From contig OZ024740.1 in assembly GCA_964016885.1 (NCBI GenBank), forward strand, positions 393,948,001-394,012,000: 64,000 nucleotides of DNA, given 5' to 3'. The notes beneath the pieces were generated by a model. The model saw only the letters and a list, made by a program, of their open reading frames with translations, did no database searches and was not told the DNA's origin. The position numbers and the translations under genes are program-made. Shown piece after piece: positions 28,026-40,295 of the stretch (its first letter is position 1; each line of letters starts with the position of its first letter). The stretch comes from Eledone cirrhosa (taxonomy: Eukaryota).

Positions 28026-29045
28026 AAACAATAGTAGCAACAAAAAGCAACCGACAATAATAACATGAAAAATTCACTATTATATTTCGTCCTATCACGT
28101 GGATTTTTGATTAAATGCTCACAGTGCAGTCCTTTATATTAAGCGTCTAGCTGTCCTTGTCTATCAAGTCCATCTACAATCAATACTTCTTGTTCAATAC
28201 AAATCTTATCCTTGAACCAGAAAAAATAATAACAACAAATAAAAAAAAACAATAAATAAATAAATAAACAAACACAAAAAAAAAAAAACAATAAAAAATA
28301 AATGCCTTGCGAAATGAAGTTTATGGATTACTGGTGTATGAATATCAATGGCCGCTGTTATCAGCTATGAAATAATACGTACTGAACCCATACATAGTTC
28401 CCAAAGTTGCATGTGTTAGTCGAAGCTAATTTAAGCGAGCTTTATTCCAATCCACATCAGGAATGAAGGCGTGAAGATAGAGAAATGATTTTTACTATTT
28501 TCTTTTTCGGGTTTCCGTCTTTTTCTTGTTTCTTTTCCTTCTGTTTTGATATTGATTTTGTCTTTTTGTTAATCTCAATGCTGTTGTTTCTGAAAATTCC
28601 TTTTAACATATACTTTTACATTCGATGCTGCCTTTCGTACTATATTTCCAAATAAAGTTATGATTTAAATTAGAAATAAAGTTGAAAGAGTTGGAAGAGA
28701 TGGCTGAAACAACGATGCTTTTTAATGTAATATGATGTGTCGTTAATTTTTAGAAAGAAAAGCGAAAGATAATAAATAATTTACAAATTTGAGATGTCTA
28801 CGGATGGAGAAACATTAGTATCTTTTGGAATCTATACCTAAAGGATTTGGTCCATTAAAAGATCATTTCCTAACCATACTTGAAACTTGAATCATTGAAA
28901 AAATTTGAGGGATAATATAGTATTTAAAGTGAGACACCCATATATTTCAATAATAGCATTGTAACTAAAACTTTCTTTTTTTAAATTCACATAATAAATT
29001 CGTAAAATATTAATAAGAACTGATCTCTTATCACAGTACGCAAAC

Positions 29046-29145
<100 letters not shown>

Positions 29146-29167
29146 AAATAAAGGGTATATATATATA

Positions 29168-29318
29168 AAGGAACCAGATGGACCATAACGCACCAGAGTA
29201 CTCAATACTTAGGGTAGTAGAGTGGGTAATAGGAAAATGTATGACCCCGACGGCAGAGCTCAAGCCGTTTCGACGTCGAAACGGCTTGAGCGCTGCCGTC
29301 GGAGTCATACATTTTCCT
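29168..29318. mobile_element. (TA)n-flanked fold-back element with a near-perfect hairpin at 29231-29318
   Basis: Palindrome centred on gacgtc; same family as 38119-38504. Confidence 0.85.
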
Positions 29319-29349
29319 ATATATATATATATATATATAAAATAAAGGG

Positions 29350-29383
<34 letters not shown>

Positions 29384-29840
29384 CGTGTGCATGCGCCACG
29401 CACGCCTCACCCACAAAAATATGTATTCGCCTTGTACCCATTACATACGTATGAATTTGGGTGAATCTGTTGGTGTATGTAGCATGCATAAAATAATGGA
29501 AAGAGTAAGAGTGAAGCTATAGTCTCATTATAGATGGTGTTATAATGACAGCTATTGAATGTATAGCGTGAAGAAGACCGCCAGTACAAAGCTGGTGTTA
29601 GTCAGTGATGCCATGTATATCAATGTCTTCTGTTAAACGGGTTCCCCTTCATTTAATATCAGCTTAGATAATTAAACTACCGCATCACTTACTTTCCAGT
29701 TACTGATTTTATACTCCGATGTCTCTTTCCTTCTTGCTTCCCATCTTTCTTACACACTTTTATTCTGTTCTTCCTTCTTCCCTTATTTTTTCCTTCGTTA
29801 CTTTTTCCTCTACCTTTATCTTTCTCGCTCAAGTTTATAC

Positions 29841-29873
<33 letters not shown>

Positions 29874-30195
29874 ACAGACACCCATACACACACGCACACC
29901 CACACTCATACACATACACGCACACACACTCACATACACACGCGCACACACAGTCACACACACGCACATACTCACACACACAGTCACACACAGTCACTCT
30001 CATACGCACACACACTCATAAACACACGCACACCCACACTCATACACACGCACACACACACACACACACAGAGAGTCACACACACGCACACACACACTCA
30101 CTCACTCACACACACGCGCACACACAAACACACACACACACACACACACTCATACACACACGCACACACACTCACGCACACACTCTTACACACAC
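29841..30195. repeat. Degenerate (CA)n tract
   Basis: Direct inspection. Confidence 0.95.
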
Positions 30196-31431
30196 ATGCT
30201 CTCCCTGTGTCCCTCTTTATCTCTCTGTCTCTTACCCAAATACTTACAGATACTTCCTATCTATCTGTCGTATTGTAACAGTGGTTTTTTGTATTATCAT
30301 TACCTACTCCTTATCTCACACCTTTTCTTTTTCTTTCTTTCTCTTATTACCTTTCCCATGTCCTTTTCCCCCTCTCTTTCTGCTAAGATTTCTTTAACGT
30401 CTCTAACGCAAGTGTTTTTCTCTCCATCAATACATATTCTCTGCTTCTCTCTTCACCTCTCTTGTATTTTTACTCTCATTGTAAATTTCTCTTTTATATG
30501 TATTCCTCTAACTCTTTCCTAGTCAACTTCGTTCCCACTTTCCCTATCTAACGATATTTTTACCATTTCTAAATATTTCATTCTTTATTCCATTTGTCAC
30601 TTTGTTCTTACTCGTGCTAATATCTCTCTCATTCTATCTCCTTCTATCTCATTCTATCTTTTTCTCACATCTCCCTTCCATATCACACGAAGAAGCGTAG
30701 CGTATCAAATATTACTTTGTACATGAAAGTATTCGTAAAAAAATGTTTCTACGTGAACCAATAAGAATATATTTTTTGAAATTTGTCTATCAATGAAATT
30801 TTATCAGTGGAGAAATGGACTTTCATAATAAAAAGTTTCGAGTTTGACTACTGTCCAAGAACATACAACTTATATTCTTTATGAGATTTAAAGTTAATTA
30901 CCAAAGTATTTAAGTAAATCTAAAAGAAGTCAGAAATAACATCATCTCCTATGGAGTGTTTTTGTTTTATAAATCATTGTACACTTTGGATCATTTAAAC
31001 ATGCTAATCTAAATGTCGATTTCCGAATGTATAAAGTTTTCTTGAATGAGCACAGATTTAGCTCGTATCATTTCAGGATTAAAATTCGATAATTATTAGT
31101 TTCATTCAAAAAAGAAATAAAACGAAAAAAATCCATTCTCACTTATATATTTACTAGTTTTGTACTTTAGTAATTTACGATGTCAGCTAGGTATATTGGA
31201 CCAATCAGTATTAAATGTGTTTGCTGTGATCTACAAACTGATTCAGTGATTCTTAAGACAAAATTAGTTATTTGGTTCGACACAAAATTCATAAATCTAC
31301 GTGTCTCGATATTTACTTTTGGTACATTACATCAATCTGGCCACAGTCATCTGGAATATGTCCGGTTAAAGTGACAAAGAAAACAAGGCTGATTGTCCAG
31401 ATATAATAACCAAGGACTATATATATATATA

Positions 31432-31780
31432 TGAGATAACATTTTGGCCGTTTGGACTGCTGCTATTTCTAGTGGCAGGACATTGACCTGTCCACCCTGC
31501 CTTTTGTCTTTGCACACGGCGCCAGACAGAATTATTTCTTTCATCATCCGCTCTCATTTGGGAATGGTTTTGTATGGCGTCAGTTTGTGATTTGAACTCA
31601 GGAATTTTATATTCTCCGAGGGAGAAGAGCCTTCTGAAGATTGCTCCCTTCTCAATGGAAATCCGCTTGGATTTTCCGTTTATTCTGGAGTATGAAACCG
31701 CGGTAAAGGCACATATAGTAAGTACAGCGAACTTTTTAAAATTTATTTTAAAACTTTTTCTCTATTTGCTAGACCTCGAT
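31432..31780 (+). mobile_element. ~350-bp TA-flanked HHR-bearing repeat (Penelope pLTR-like or retrozyme-like)
   Basis: Diverged reverse-complement homologue at 36689-37028; contains an intact HHR core. Confidence 0.8.
31629..31710 (+). ncRNA. Type I hammerhead ribozyme with long stem II
   Basis: gcctt-CTGAAGA-[tgctcc..aatggaaatcc/ggattttccgtt..ggagta]-GAAA-CCGCGG-TA-aaggc; helix I gcctt/aaggc; GUA cleavage after 31705; U-U at 10.1/11.1. Confidence 0.82.
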
Positions 31781-31839
31781 TATATATATATATGCACACT
31801 CACGGACATCACAATTTCTTCAGACTAATACTTTGCCCA

Positions 31840-32072
31840 AAAAGAAGTAGGAAAACTATCAAAATATAAGAATCTTTAAACTGAAATATACAAACCGATG
31901 GGAAAATAGTTGAAAACAACAGTGCCAACAATAATTGGAGCACTAGGTATGATAAAAACTGTGAACAAAAAACATAGAAACCATACCAGGTATCACAACA
32001 TTACTTACTATTCAAAGAATAGCTCTGCTAGGAGCAGCCTACGTCCTGCACAAGCCATTATCGATTCAGTAG
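31840..32072 (+). pseudogene. Old R4-clade RLE C-terminal relic
   Basis: KEVGKLSKYKNL...TVPTIIGALGMIK...IQRIALLGAAYVL, with stops and frameshifts. Confidence 0.65.
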
Positions 32073-33789
32073 CATAGCTGAATCAGAAGACCGAGAGGGA
32101 GTGCTTGGAAACTGGAATGTCTCCAAGCGATCACAGCTCTCAGCCATTTGGGCAGTGCTATCGGTGGAAACTTAATCTTTGAGTGTGCGCCTTTAAATTG
32201 GAGGAGAACATCTGAGAGAGGGTACTTGCCCTAACGGTCAAGATTACCGTGATTTTATGTGAGCTTCCTCCATGAATGACCCTCGGAGGTATCCTCATTT
32301 TGGAGGAATTTGTTGTTTTTATTTTAAATGTTTATTTTTTAGTCTGCTTTATAAACCTTTCCTTCACAAAACACACTGTACTGTCCTGTAATGTTCTGTA
32401 CTGATCTGTATTGTCCTTAATGTCCCCCTAATGCTAGCCTTGTGTGGCTAATAAATACATCATTATTATTATTATAATTCCTGGAACATTTTCCTCGGTC
32501 AATGCTTTAAATTGTTGAATCAGAGAATCTATTTTTACTTAGTTCCATTATATTCTGAGTCATTCTCAGATCTAGAAAGTACGAACAAGTTTGAAGAGCT
32601 GTAATAAACATAAGTTACTTCATGCAATTTTCAATAAATTTGAATGTTGGATTATATCTTCCTTGCATTATAACTGACATTTTTTCTTTTCAATAAGGAT
32701 GTAAATTTAGTCGCTTAAACTTTTCTTCTTTTGTGGGGTTTAGGGGTGGTATTACTGTATTAAGTATGTTAGTTCCCACGTAAATATATGTTCTTCATGC
32801 AATGTTCACCTACTGGAAATTTCCACATGTCTTTAGATTCAATGTATGGTTAGTTTGAGTGAAACTATAAAATTCAATCCATGCAAGATACAATAAACTG
32901 CATAATAAACGAATCTCTATTAAGCACACGCTCCTCATTATGTCACATAAAATCAGGCGAATGTTACAGTTAATCGTTATTAAATTTAATTTACGCACAG
33001 ATATAATTTAGCCACAGAATGCTTACAAACCATGAAAGCAAAATAAAATTGAAATAACAGCTACAAAAATTAAAAAAAGTATATATAAAATACCCTCCTC
33101 ACCTTTCTTCCTAGAAATAATCAAAATATTACTTCGATCAATCAATCTAATTTATTGATTAAGCGTATCGTTTTCATTTCTACCTTTCATTAACAAAGTA
33201 ACTCAGATATTTGTCGTGTGAGCAAGGGTTAATAACTATATTGTACGCCTGAAATTAAAAACAACAATAAAACCAAGACAGCAAAAATTACTAATAAAAA
33301 AAATTACTGATTATAATTCTATTTATTTGTTTCTCTTTACTTCATTCACTTTAGTGTTTAATAATAATTTTTTTTCTGAATTGTCTTCATAATATTTTGT
33401 TATATTATTTCAATAAAACAACAACAACAAAAAAAATATCAGGCTCCCATTATTTTAGACTTCGTTCTATCGTCAATGTGTGACATTGTTGTTCTTGGTT
33501 AAGAATCAGGTCATCACAGATCGATAGATATATGATCAAATGCGTTCTAGCTATGACCATTCCATCTTTCTTTTGCAAAATTTGGAATGGAATAAATCTC
33601 CGTCGATTTTGATGAGGAGTGTTCCTGGTGTTTGATCAACGGAAAAGCCTGCGTATGATATTAATTTACAAGCAGTCAAGCATTCTACAAACACATGTAT
33701 CTTTAACGTAATTATCGGTGAGATTCACCGTGACCCTGTGTGACATAGCTGGATCTTTGAATTACATATATAGTGCACCTGATGGGTTT

Positions 33790-33895
33790 CCAAACAGTTT
33801 CTGTCTACCCAATGTAACTCACAAGGCTTTGACTAGACCTGAGGCTATAATAAATGAAACTTGCACATGATGCCATATAGGATCGAACGCCAAGC
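33790..33895 (-). mobile_element. Old SINE fragment of a family recalled from Octopus genomes
   Basis: cagtttctgtctacccaatgtaactcacaaggctttg...gaggctata...acttgc...ggatcgaac; recognised from memory only. Confidence 0.5.
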
Positions 33896-34526
33896 AAATG
33901 TCTATGTCATTCCTCCATGTCGCGCTCACTTTATAAGTGAAATGAATATAGCAAATACGTTAAGTGCGTAATTAAAAGGAGATTTCGCTATTATAATAGG
34001 CATCTGTGTAGTGGTTAAACATTTCATATCTTGAAAACCATGTGTGAGTGCGTATGTATCTGATAAGGTTTTTATCCCCAAGTGAGATATTTTGTTTAAC
34101 ATGTTCATCGGTTGTTCTTTATTTGTTGTTGAGGCACATATAACCCCTCACTCACAATAGCATAAACTATGTCTTTGACCAACGTCGGTTGGTCCTGTAG
34201 TTAATGTCCTTTACGTTCTATATTTACATATGAATGGAAATACAATAGATTACTAATAATACAAGACAGCTGTCAAGTGTAACATGGTTTTATAATAATT
34301 TCAGCAAATTTTAAGTGAAGGGCAGAGCAAGAGATAAACTGGTGGCAAACTGAGAACTTGCTGAATTAAAATTTTACTTACAATACTAGCACAAGTATGG
34401 GACTCTGCAACAACCTGGGAGTTTACTTTTAAACTAGAAAGAAAGCAATATTGTTTAGATATGAGAATTAGTGTTATCAAAAGTGCTACAATGCCAAACT
34501 AAATGCTTTTTCTATAATTTCCATTG

Positions 34527-35130
34527 TTTGGCTGACTCGTGTGTGCCGAATAGCTTGAATCTCTGGAAAGGCACCTAAGCAATGGCAATCAGGAGTGAAA
34601 ATACCAATCTTCAAAAAGGGAGACAGAGATTGCTCTAATTATAGAGGGATATCCTCGTTATGCCTCCCCGGTAAAGTCTGTACAACGTGTCTGGCAAAGA
34701 GATGAAGAGATATTGTCAGAGTCTAAGCTAGCTGGCGAACAGTGTGGTTATCGCTTCTGACTCAGCACGGCCGACCAAATATTCAGGTTTTTAAGAAATC
34801 GTGGGAGTATTGCCAAGAGGTGTATACTTATTTTGTAGACCTTGAAAAGGTATATGGCCGCATTCTACGGGATATGTTGTTTGAAGGTTCTGCAAGAGTA
34901 GGAGGTCGATTAACAGTTTCTTGTTGCCCTGGTGTCTTTATACGAATGCTTTAGTATTTGTTTTCGGATAAAAGTCTAAACCATTAATGAATAGGATTGA
35001 CATCCGCAGCTGGGTTGGAAGTGGTATCAAGACCCAAATGGCTAGAATTTGTGAACGACATTGTATTACTTAACACGTCAGATAGTGATCTCCGACATGC
35101 TCTTGATAGGGTTGTTCATTACTGTTGCTA
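34527..35130 (+). pseudogene. LINE (RTE-like) reverse transcriptase relic
   Basis: SGKAPKQWQSGVKIPIFKKG, CSNYRGISSLCLPGKV, FVDLEKVYGRI, FVNDIVLL..SDLRHALDR. Confidence 0.8.
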
Positions 35131-35289
35131 TTGATTTTGTTGTTGCTATGAAAATTATCATTACTATATTTAAGGATATTAAGGATCTTACTAGAGCTTA
35201 TCTCCCGAACTTGTATCGAATTCGAAACTTGTATCGAATTCGAAAGGCCATACATAAATTTACGTAATATGCTATTGTGAGTAATTATA

Positions 35290-36135
35290 TTTGAGCGTCT
35301 ATTTCTACAGTTATTTTTATCTATGTGGTATTGGATATTTTCATTATGACCTGATTTAGTTAACACCTCATTATAATATTGTGTATATTAGTTAAAAATA
35401 ACGCTGCTAGAGGATAGACTAGAGATCCTATTGGATACATTTTTTACTATAGACTTAAGTATAGTTTTAGGGAGACATGAGAGGTTATTTACGTAGAAAA
35501 AGTGCTTATGGTGAGGCTTATAAATCCCGGGATATAAATCAAAGGTGATATCTAGGAAATAAACTACTTTATTATTTATATCTATCGTAATGTTCAAGCC
35601 ATTATCTTAAAGAAAACCTATGTAAGTGTTTTTTGTTCTTTCTAGATTTCTTATATTGTAGTTAATTTTAAAAAAAAGCATCATCGCGATATAAACCTCC
35701 GTTTATGAAAAAGGATTTTATGTAGACTACTTAATAAGAGAAGACAAACTGTCAGTAATCTGAGCCGAATCACTAGAAGATTCTATTGTGATATAAAAGT
35801 TATCAGGATGATTCTTCCAGGTCCAGAGGTTACTGTCAAATTCTATTAATGTTTTCCTTGCGGCCAAGATGATGTCAATTTCAGTTCTAGTTAGATTGCT
35901 CATACTTTTTGTTAAAATTAAAGCTCTATTTAGAAGTTTAGAAAATATAGAGTAATAATAATTATCTATGTCAAATTGTATGAAACTAATAACATTTTTA
36001 TCTTCTAACTTAATGAATCAATTTATTGCCTTATTTGGGTTATTCCAATGGCTTAAGTTTATTTTTAGCGAGTATTTCTTTGCTATTTACCCTTATATCC
36101 GACGTAGAGGGAGAAAAAGTCGAATTTAAGGGTCA
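35290..36135 (-). pseudogene. Penelope-like element reverse transcriptase relic
   Basis: FIQFDIDNYY...AARKTLIEF...W, catalytic GGLYRDDA (35678-35700), and YFLDITFDL..GIYKP...YVN...RISSLSS. Confidence 0.82.
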
Positions 36136-36149
36136 TTATTACAGTCCTA

Positions 36150-36242
<93 letters not shown>

Positions 36243-36278
36243 TAGGGCGGGTAAAATTCCCGAGATCCATGGACGAGT

Positions 36279-36592
36279 TCTCTCTAGCGGTCTCTGTCCC
36301 TCATTATCACTGCCATGTCCTGCGTCTCCAACAGACTAGTGTCTGTCCTTAGGGCATCATTATACGTTAACCTTGGTCTTACTCTTCCAGTGTGTCCATG
36401 TAGGGGCTCCCACAGGAGCACTGAGTGCAATGTCAACTCTAGATGCCGGTGAGCATGTCCAGCTAACCTCAGTCTCCTCTGTGTCACTTTTGAGCTGACT
36501 TTTGGGAGGCTCCCATACAGCTCTGAGTTTTTCATCCTCAGTGTATACTGATTAATGTTCAGAGCCATCCTCACCATTCTTGTGTAGCACCC
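36279..36592 (-). pseudogene. RTE-like LINE C-terminal fragment
   Basis: RRLRLAGHAHRH...VLLWEP.HG...GRVRPRLTY. Confidence 0.8.
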
Positions 36593-36688
36593 AGGAATTG
36601 ATCTAGTGGTATTTAAGTAACAGCCGTACTAAGAGTGGGAAATGAAATTCGTTTCATTTTCTCCGTTTATATATATATATATATATAT

Positions 36689-37028
36689 AATCAAGGTTTA
36701 GCAAATAAGAAAAAGTTTTAAAATAAATTTTTAAAAGTTCACTGTACCTGCTGTAATTACCCTTACCGTACGGTTTCAAGTCTCAAAATAAATGGATAAT
36801 CCATGCGGAAATCCATTGAGAAGAAGACTTTCGTCAGAGGGTTCTTCTCACTCAGAGAATATAAAATTCCCGAGTTCAAATCACGAACTGGCGCCATACA
36901 GAACTGTTCCCGAGATGAGAGTGTATGATGAAGAAACAATTTTGTCTAGTGCCGTGTGTAAAGATAGAAGGCAGGGGCGGAAAGGTCAATGTACTGCCAC
37001 TAGAAATAGCAGAAGTTAAAACGACCAA
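36689..37028 (-). mobile_element. Second copy of the ~350-bp HHR-bearing repeat
   Basis: Homologous to 31432-31780; TA tracts on both sides. Confidence 0.8.
36759..36842 (-). ncRNA. Type I hammerhead ribozyme with long stem II
   Basis: accct-CTGACGA-[aagtctt..aatggat/atccatt..gagactt]-GAAA-CCGTACGG-TA-agggt; all helices pair; GUA cleavage triplet. Confidence 0.88.
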
Positions 37029-37051
37029 TATATATATATGTGTGTGTGTGT

Positions 37052-37135
<84 letters not shown>

Positions 37136-37996
37136 ATATATATATATATATGTATAATCATACATACACAAACATACATGCATATATGCATACAGCATAC
37201 TTACATACATACGTAAAAACATACATACGTACATATATACATACATACATAAATTCATTCATTCATACATACATACTTACATACATACATACATTCATTC
37301 ATTCATAATACATATAGATATTTATTAAAAATTAAACCATCCACATGGAAAACCATAGCTAATTCATTGTTAATACATTTAATGTAGCAAACATAAAAAA
37401 ATTAATTAAAAATACTTTGTAATTAGATTTTCGATACTTACTAACTTACCCATTATTTTTCATACGGATGGCGTCTCTGGGTAATTAGCATCAGAAAACC
37501 AATTTTTCAGTATGGTAATTCTTTTACTTTACATATATCATATATCTACATAATGATGCTTTTATCAATATTCTGGCAATTACTTGAGTCGAAATACTCA
37601 AAATAATATTAATCATTGTTAATGATGCCTTTTCCCCCTGGTATAATTACTTGAAGTTAGATTATTTTATGTGTAATTCGTTGCATTTTTCAATACTACG
37701 AGGTAGCCCCAAAGTCACTAGATCATTGTAGAATATAATAACCTCTTACAATTAATTTGTAATATATAAAAGGGTCATTATATTTTGAATTGATCTAGTG
37801 GTGTTTGGCCAAACTAGGTGTATATATATATAGAGAGAGTATTTACGTATTTAGAGAGAGAAAAAAGGAGGGATAGGTGATACATGTAGTTATTTGCCAA
37901 ATAGCGTATGCAGAAGGTGCTCAATACTAGTGCCGGCAGTATTAAATATTAGAAGTGTTAATATTTAGTGGGCGAGAGAGTTAGCAGAGCGTAAAC

Positions 37997-38096
37997 ACGT
38001 GGGAAAGTAAGAAATAGGAGAACAGACCGTTAATACAAGTTTATTTTAATAAACTTGTATTAACTGTCTGTCCTCCTATTTCTTACTTTTCCACGT
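37997..38096. repeat. Near-perfect 100-bp hairpin abutting (TA)n
   Basis: acgtgggaaagtaagaaatagg...tttatt-tt-aataaa...cctatttcttacttttccacgt. Confidence 0.9.
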
Positions 38097-38118
38097 CTAT
38101 ATATATATATATACATAC

Positions 38119-38504
38119 AGGAAAAGAGTCAGGACCCCGATGGCTGAGCTCCGGCCGTTTCGACAGCTAGATTTCGAACTCGGATCTAGTCGAAACGACC
38201 AGAGCTCAGCCGTCGCGGTCCTGACTCTTTTCCTATTACCCACTCTACTACCCTAAGTATCGAGTACTCTGGTGCGTTATGGTCCACCTGGTATCTTACT
38301 ACACCTTCTTTGTTATATATATATATATATTAAACGAAGGAAGTGTGGTAAGGAACCAGATGGACCATAACGCACCAGAGTACTCAATACTTAGGGTAGT
38401 AGAGTGGGTAATAGAAAAATGTTTAAACTCGACGGCAGAGCTCAAGCCGTTTCGAGGGCCGTCGAAACGGCTTGAGCTCTGCCGTCGGGGTTAAACATTT
38501 TCCT
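38119..38504. mobile_element. Two fold-back elements in inverted orientation around a TA spacer (dumbbell)
   Basis: Hairpins at 38119-38234 and 38413-38504; bodies 38235-38312 and 38332-38412 are inverse copies. Confidence 0.85.
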
Positions 38505-38935
38505 ATAAATATAACTGCAGCTGTCACTCGAAATCCAGCCCCAATATCCCCCTATAGCTTACCTTTGAAATGAAAATTGTAATTTAATCCTGATGCGTAA
38601 TCCATTACATTTACCCCAATTTGGCAAAAACCCAACATTTGTAGACTACATATTCGGAATGTAGTGGATACCAAAACTGAATGCAATTTGTTCTAATTGT
38701 TTGTCCTGACCACCTCATTAGATATTCATTTATCTACAGACACATATACGTTATATTTTGAAGGAACGAGAGAAACATTTTAAAGGACATTGTTCGTGTA
38801 GGTAATACACAGATAGAAGTAAAATAAAACTATTTGAATATTTAACTTATTTCAAAATCAAATATTTTGTTTATTTCCGATCCCTTGTATTTAACTAAGG
38901 ATTATTCGGATAATCAGAGTTTATAGATAATAATT

Positions 38936-39123
38936 GTTAATACTTTTGGCACAAGACCAGCAATTATCCTAGTATATCACTGGTACTTTATCTTATCGAC
39001 CCCGTAAGGATGAAAGGCAAAGTTAACCTCGGCGGGATTCGAACTCTGACCATAAAGGGCCGTAACTCTACGCAGCAAAGTATGGCGTCCGACCCTCTAC
39101 CGCTACTGCCAATTCACCGCCCT
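38936..39123 (-). mobile_element. tRNA-derived SINE
   Basis: Family match; TSD-like tttatagataataatt. Confidence 0.88.
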
Positions 39124-39455
39124 TTATAGATAATAATTACCATTTACTGTATAAACAGAAATCAGTAAATATTGTTTTTGTTATTGTGTAATGTGAAATC
39201 GTATAGGTTAAATTGAAATAAATTTTAAGTGATTTGAACTCCATTTCATCGTACCTCGCGGTAATCATATTCTTTTTACTGTTTAAGTAAGGGAGGAAAT
39301 GTCAGTGCCCATAAACATTTTCAGGGGCTTTACACATGGTTGGAGGAAGGTGTCCTCAAACTGGAAACTTGGCCTGAATGCTTACAATATAGTGGACTTT
39401 GCTAAAGTGATGGTGTTAAAACCTGCAAAATATCAAATCTAGTACCCATAGATTA

Positions 39456-40295
39456 TATCTTCTTCTTCTTCTTCTTCTTCTTCTTCTTCTTCTTCTTCTT
39501 CTTCTTCTTCTTCTTCTTCTTCTTCTTCTTCTTCTTCTTCTTCTTCTTCTTCAGCCTTGAAAAGTCCATTGTTGAACATAAGCCTACCCCGAGCTGCAGC
39601 ATCTTTGCCGATTCCGAGCCATTCGTGGCCAAAGTTTTCCGATTTTCTCGAGGTCGTCTTGCCACATGGTCTTCTGGCGACCTCGGTTTCTTGTGTGACT
39701 TCGTGGGGTCCAGAATGTGACGCGTGTGGTCCGTCTGTTATCAGTTCTTCTGGCAATGTGTCCCGCCCACTTCAATTTTGCTTTGCTAAGTATTTCTAGG
39801 ATGTCGCGAATTTTTGTTTTTCTCGGATCCATTCGACGGTTTTTCGCTCTCACTATGTTTTGTTTAACTTGATCCTTTCGTGGGCACTTTGTATTGCTTG
39901 TAGCTTTTGAACTTTAGGTTTTCTGGCGATATCATTATCTTTGCCAGCAACAAAGAACTACAACGAATGCTTAGCGAACTGAAAACAACTAGCTTAGAGG
40001 GAGGACTGAGCATGAACCTCAAAAATACCAAAACCATGTGCAATAAATACATTGAAGATGCAGACCTGGTCACCACTATCAATAAAAATGAGATCGAGGA
40101 GGTCGACCATTATATTTTAATGGACTCGGCGTTTAAAGAACCGTATCAAGCGCCGTATCACACTGGGGTGGCTGGCTTTTGGAAGAGCGTGTGGCATCTT
40201 CAAGAACAAAGACATGCCAATCGTCTTGAAACATCGGGTTTATGATCAGTGTATTCTGCCGACTGTCACCTACCAATCAGAAACCTGGAACCTAA
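39456..40295 (-). mobile_element. RTE-clade LINE, 5'-truncated with an inverted 5' segment and (GAA)n tail
   Basis: Minus strand 39553-39906 encodes KLQ...KLKWAGHIARRTDNR...WTPR...RGRQ; plus strand 39907-40295 encodes the upstream RT motifs through LPTVTYQSETWNLT; tail at 39456-39552. Confidence 0.82.
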
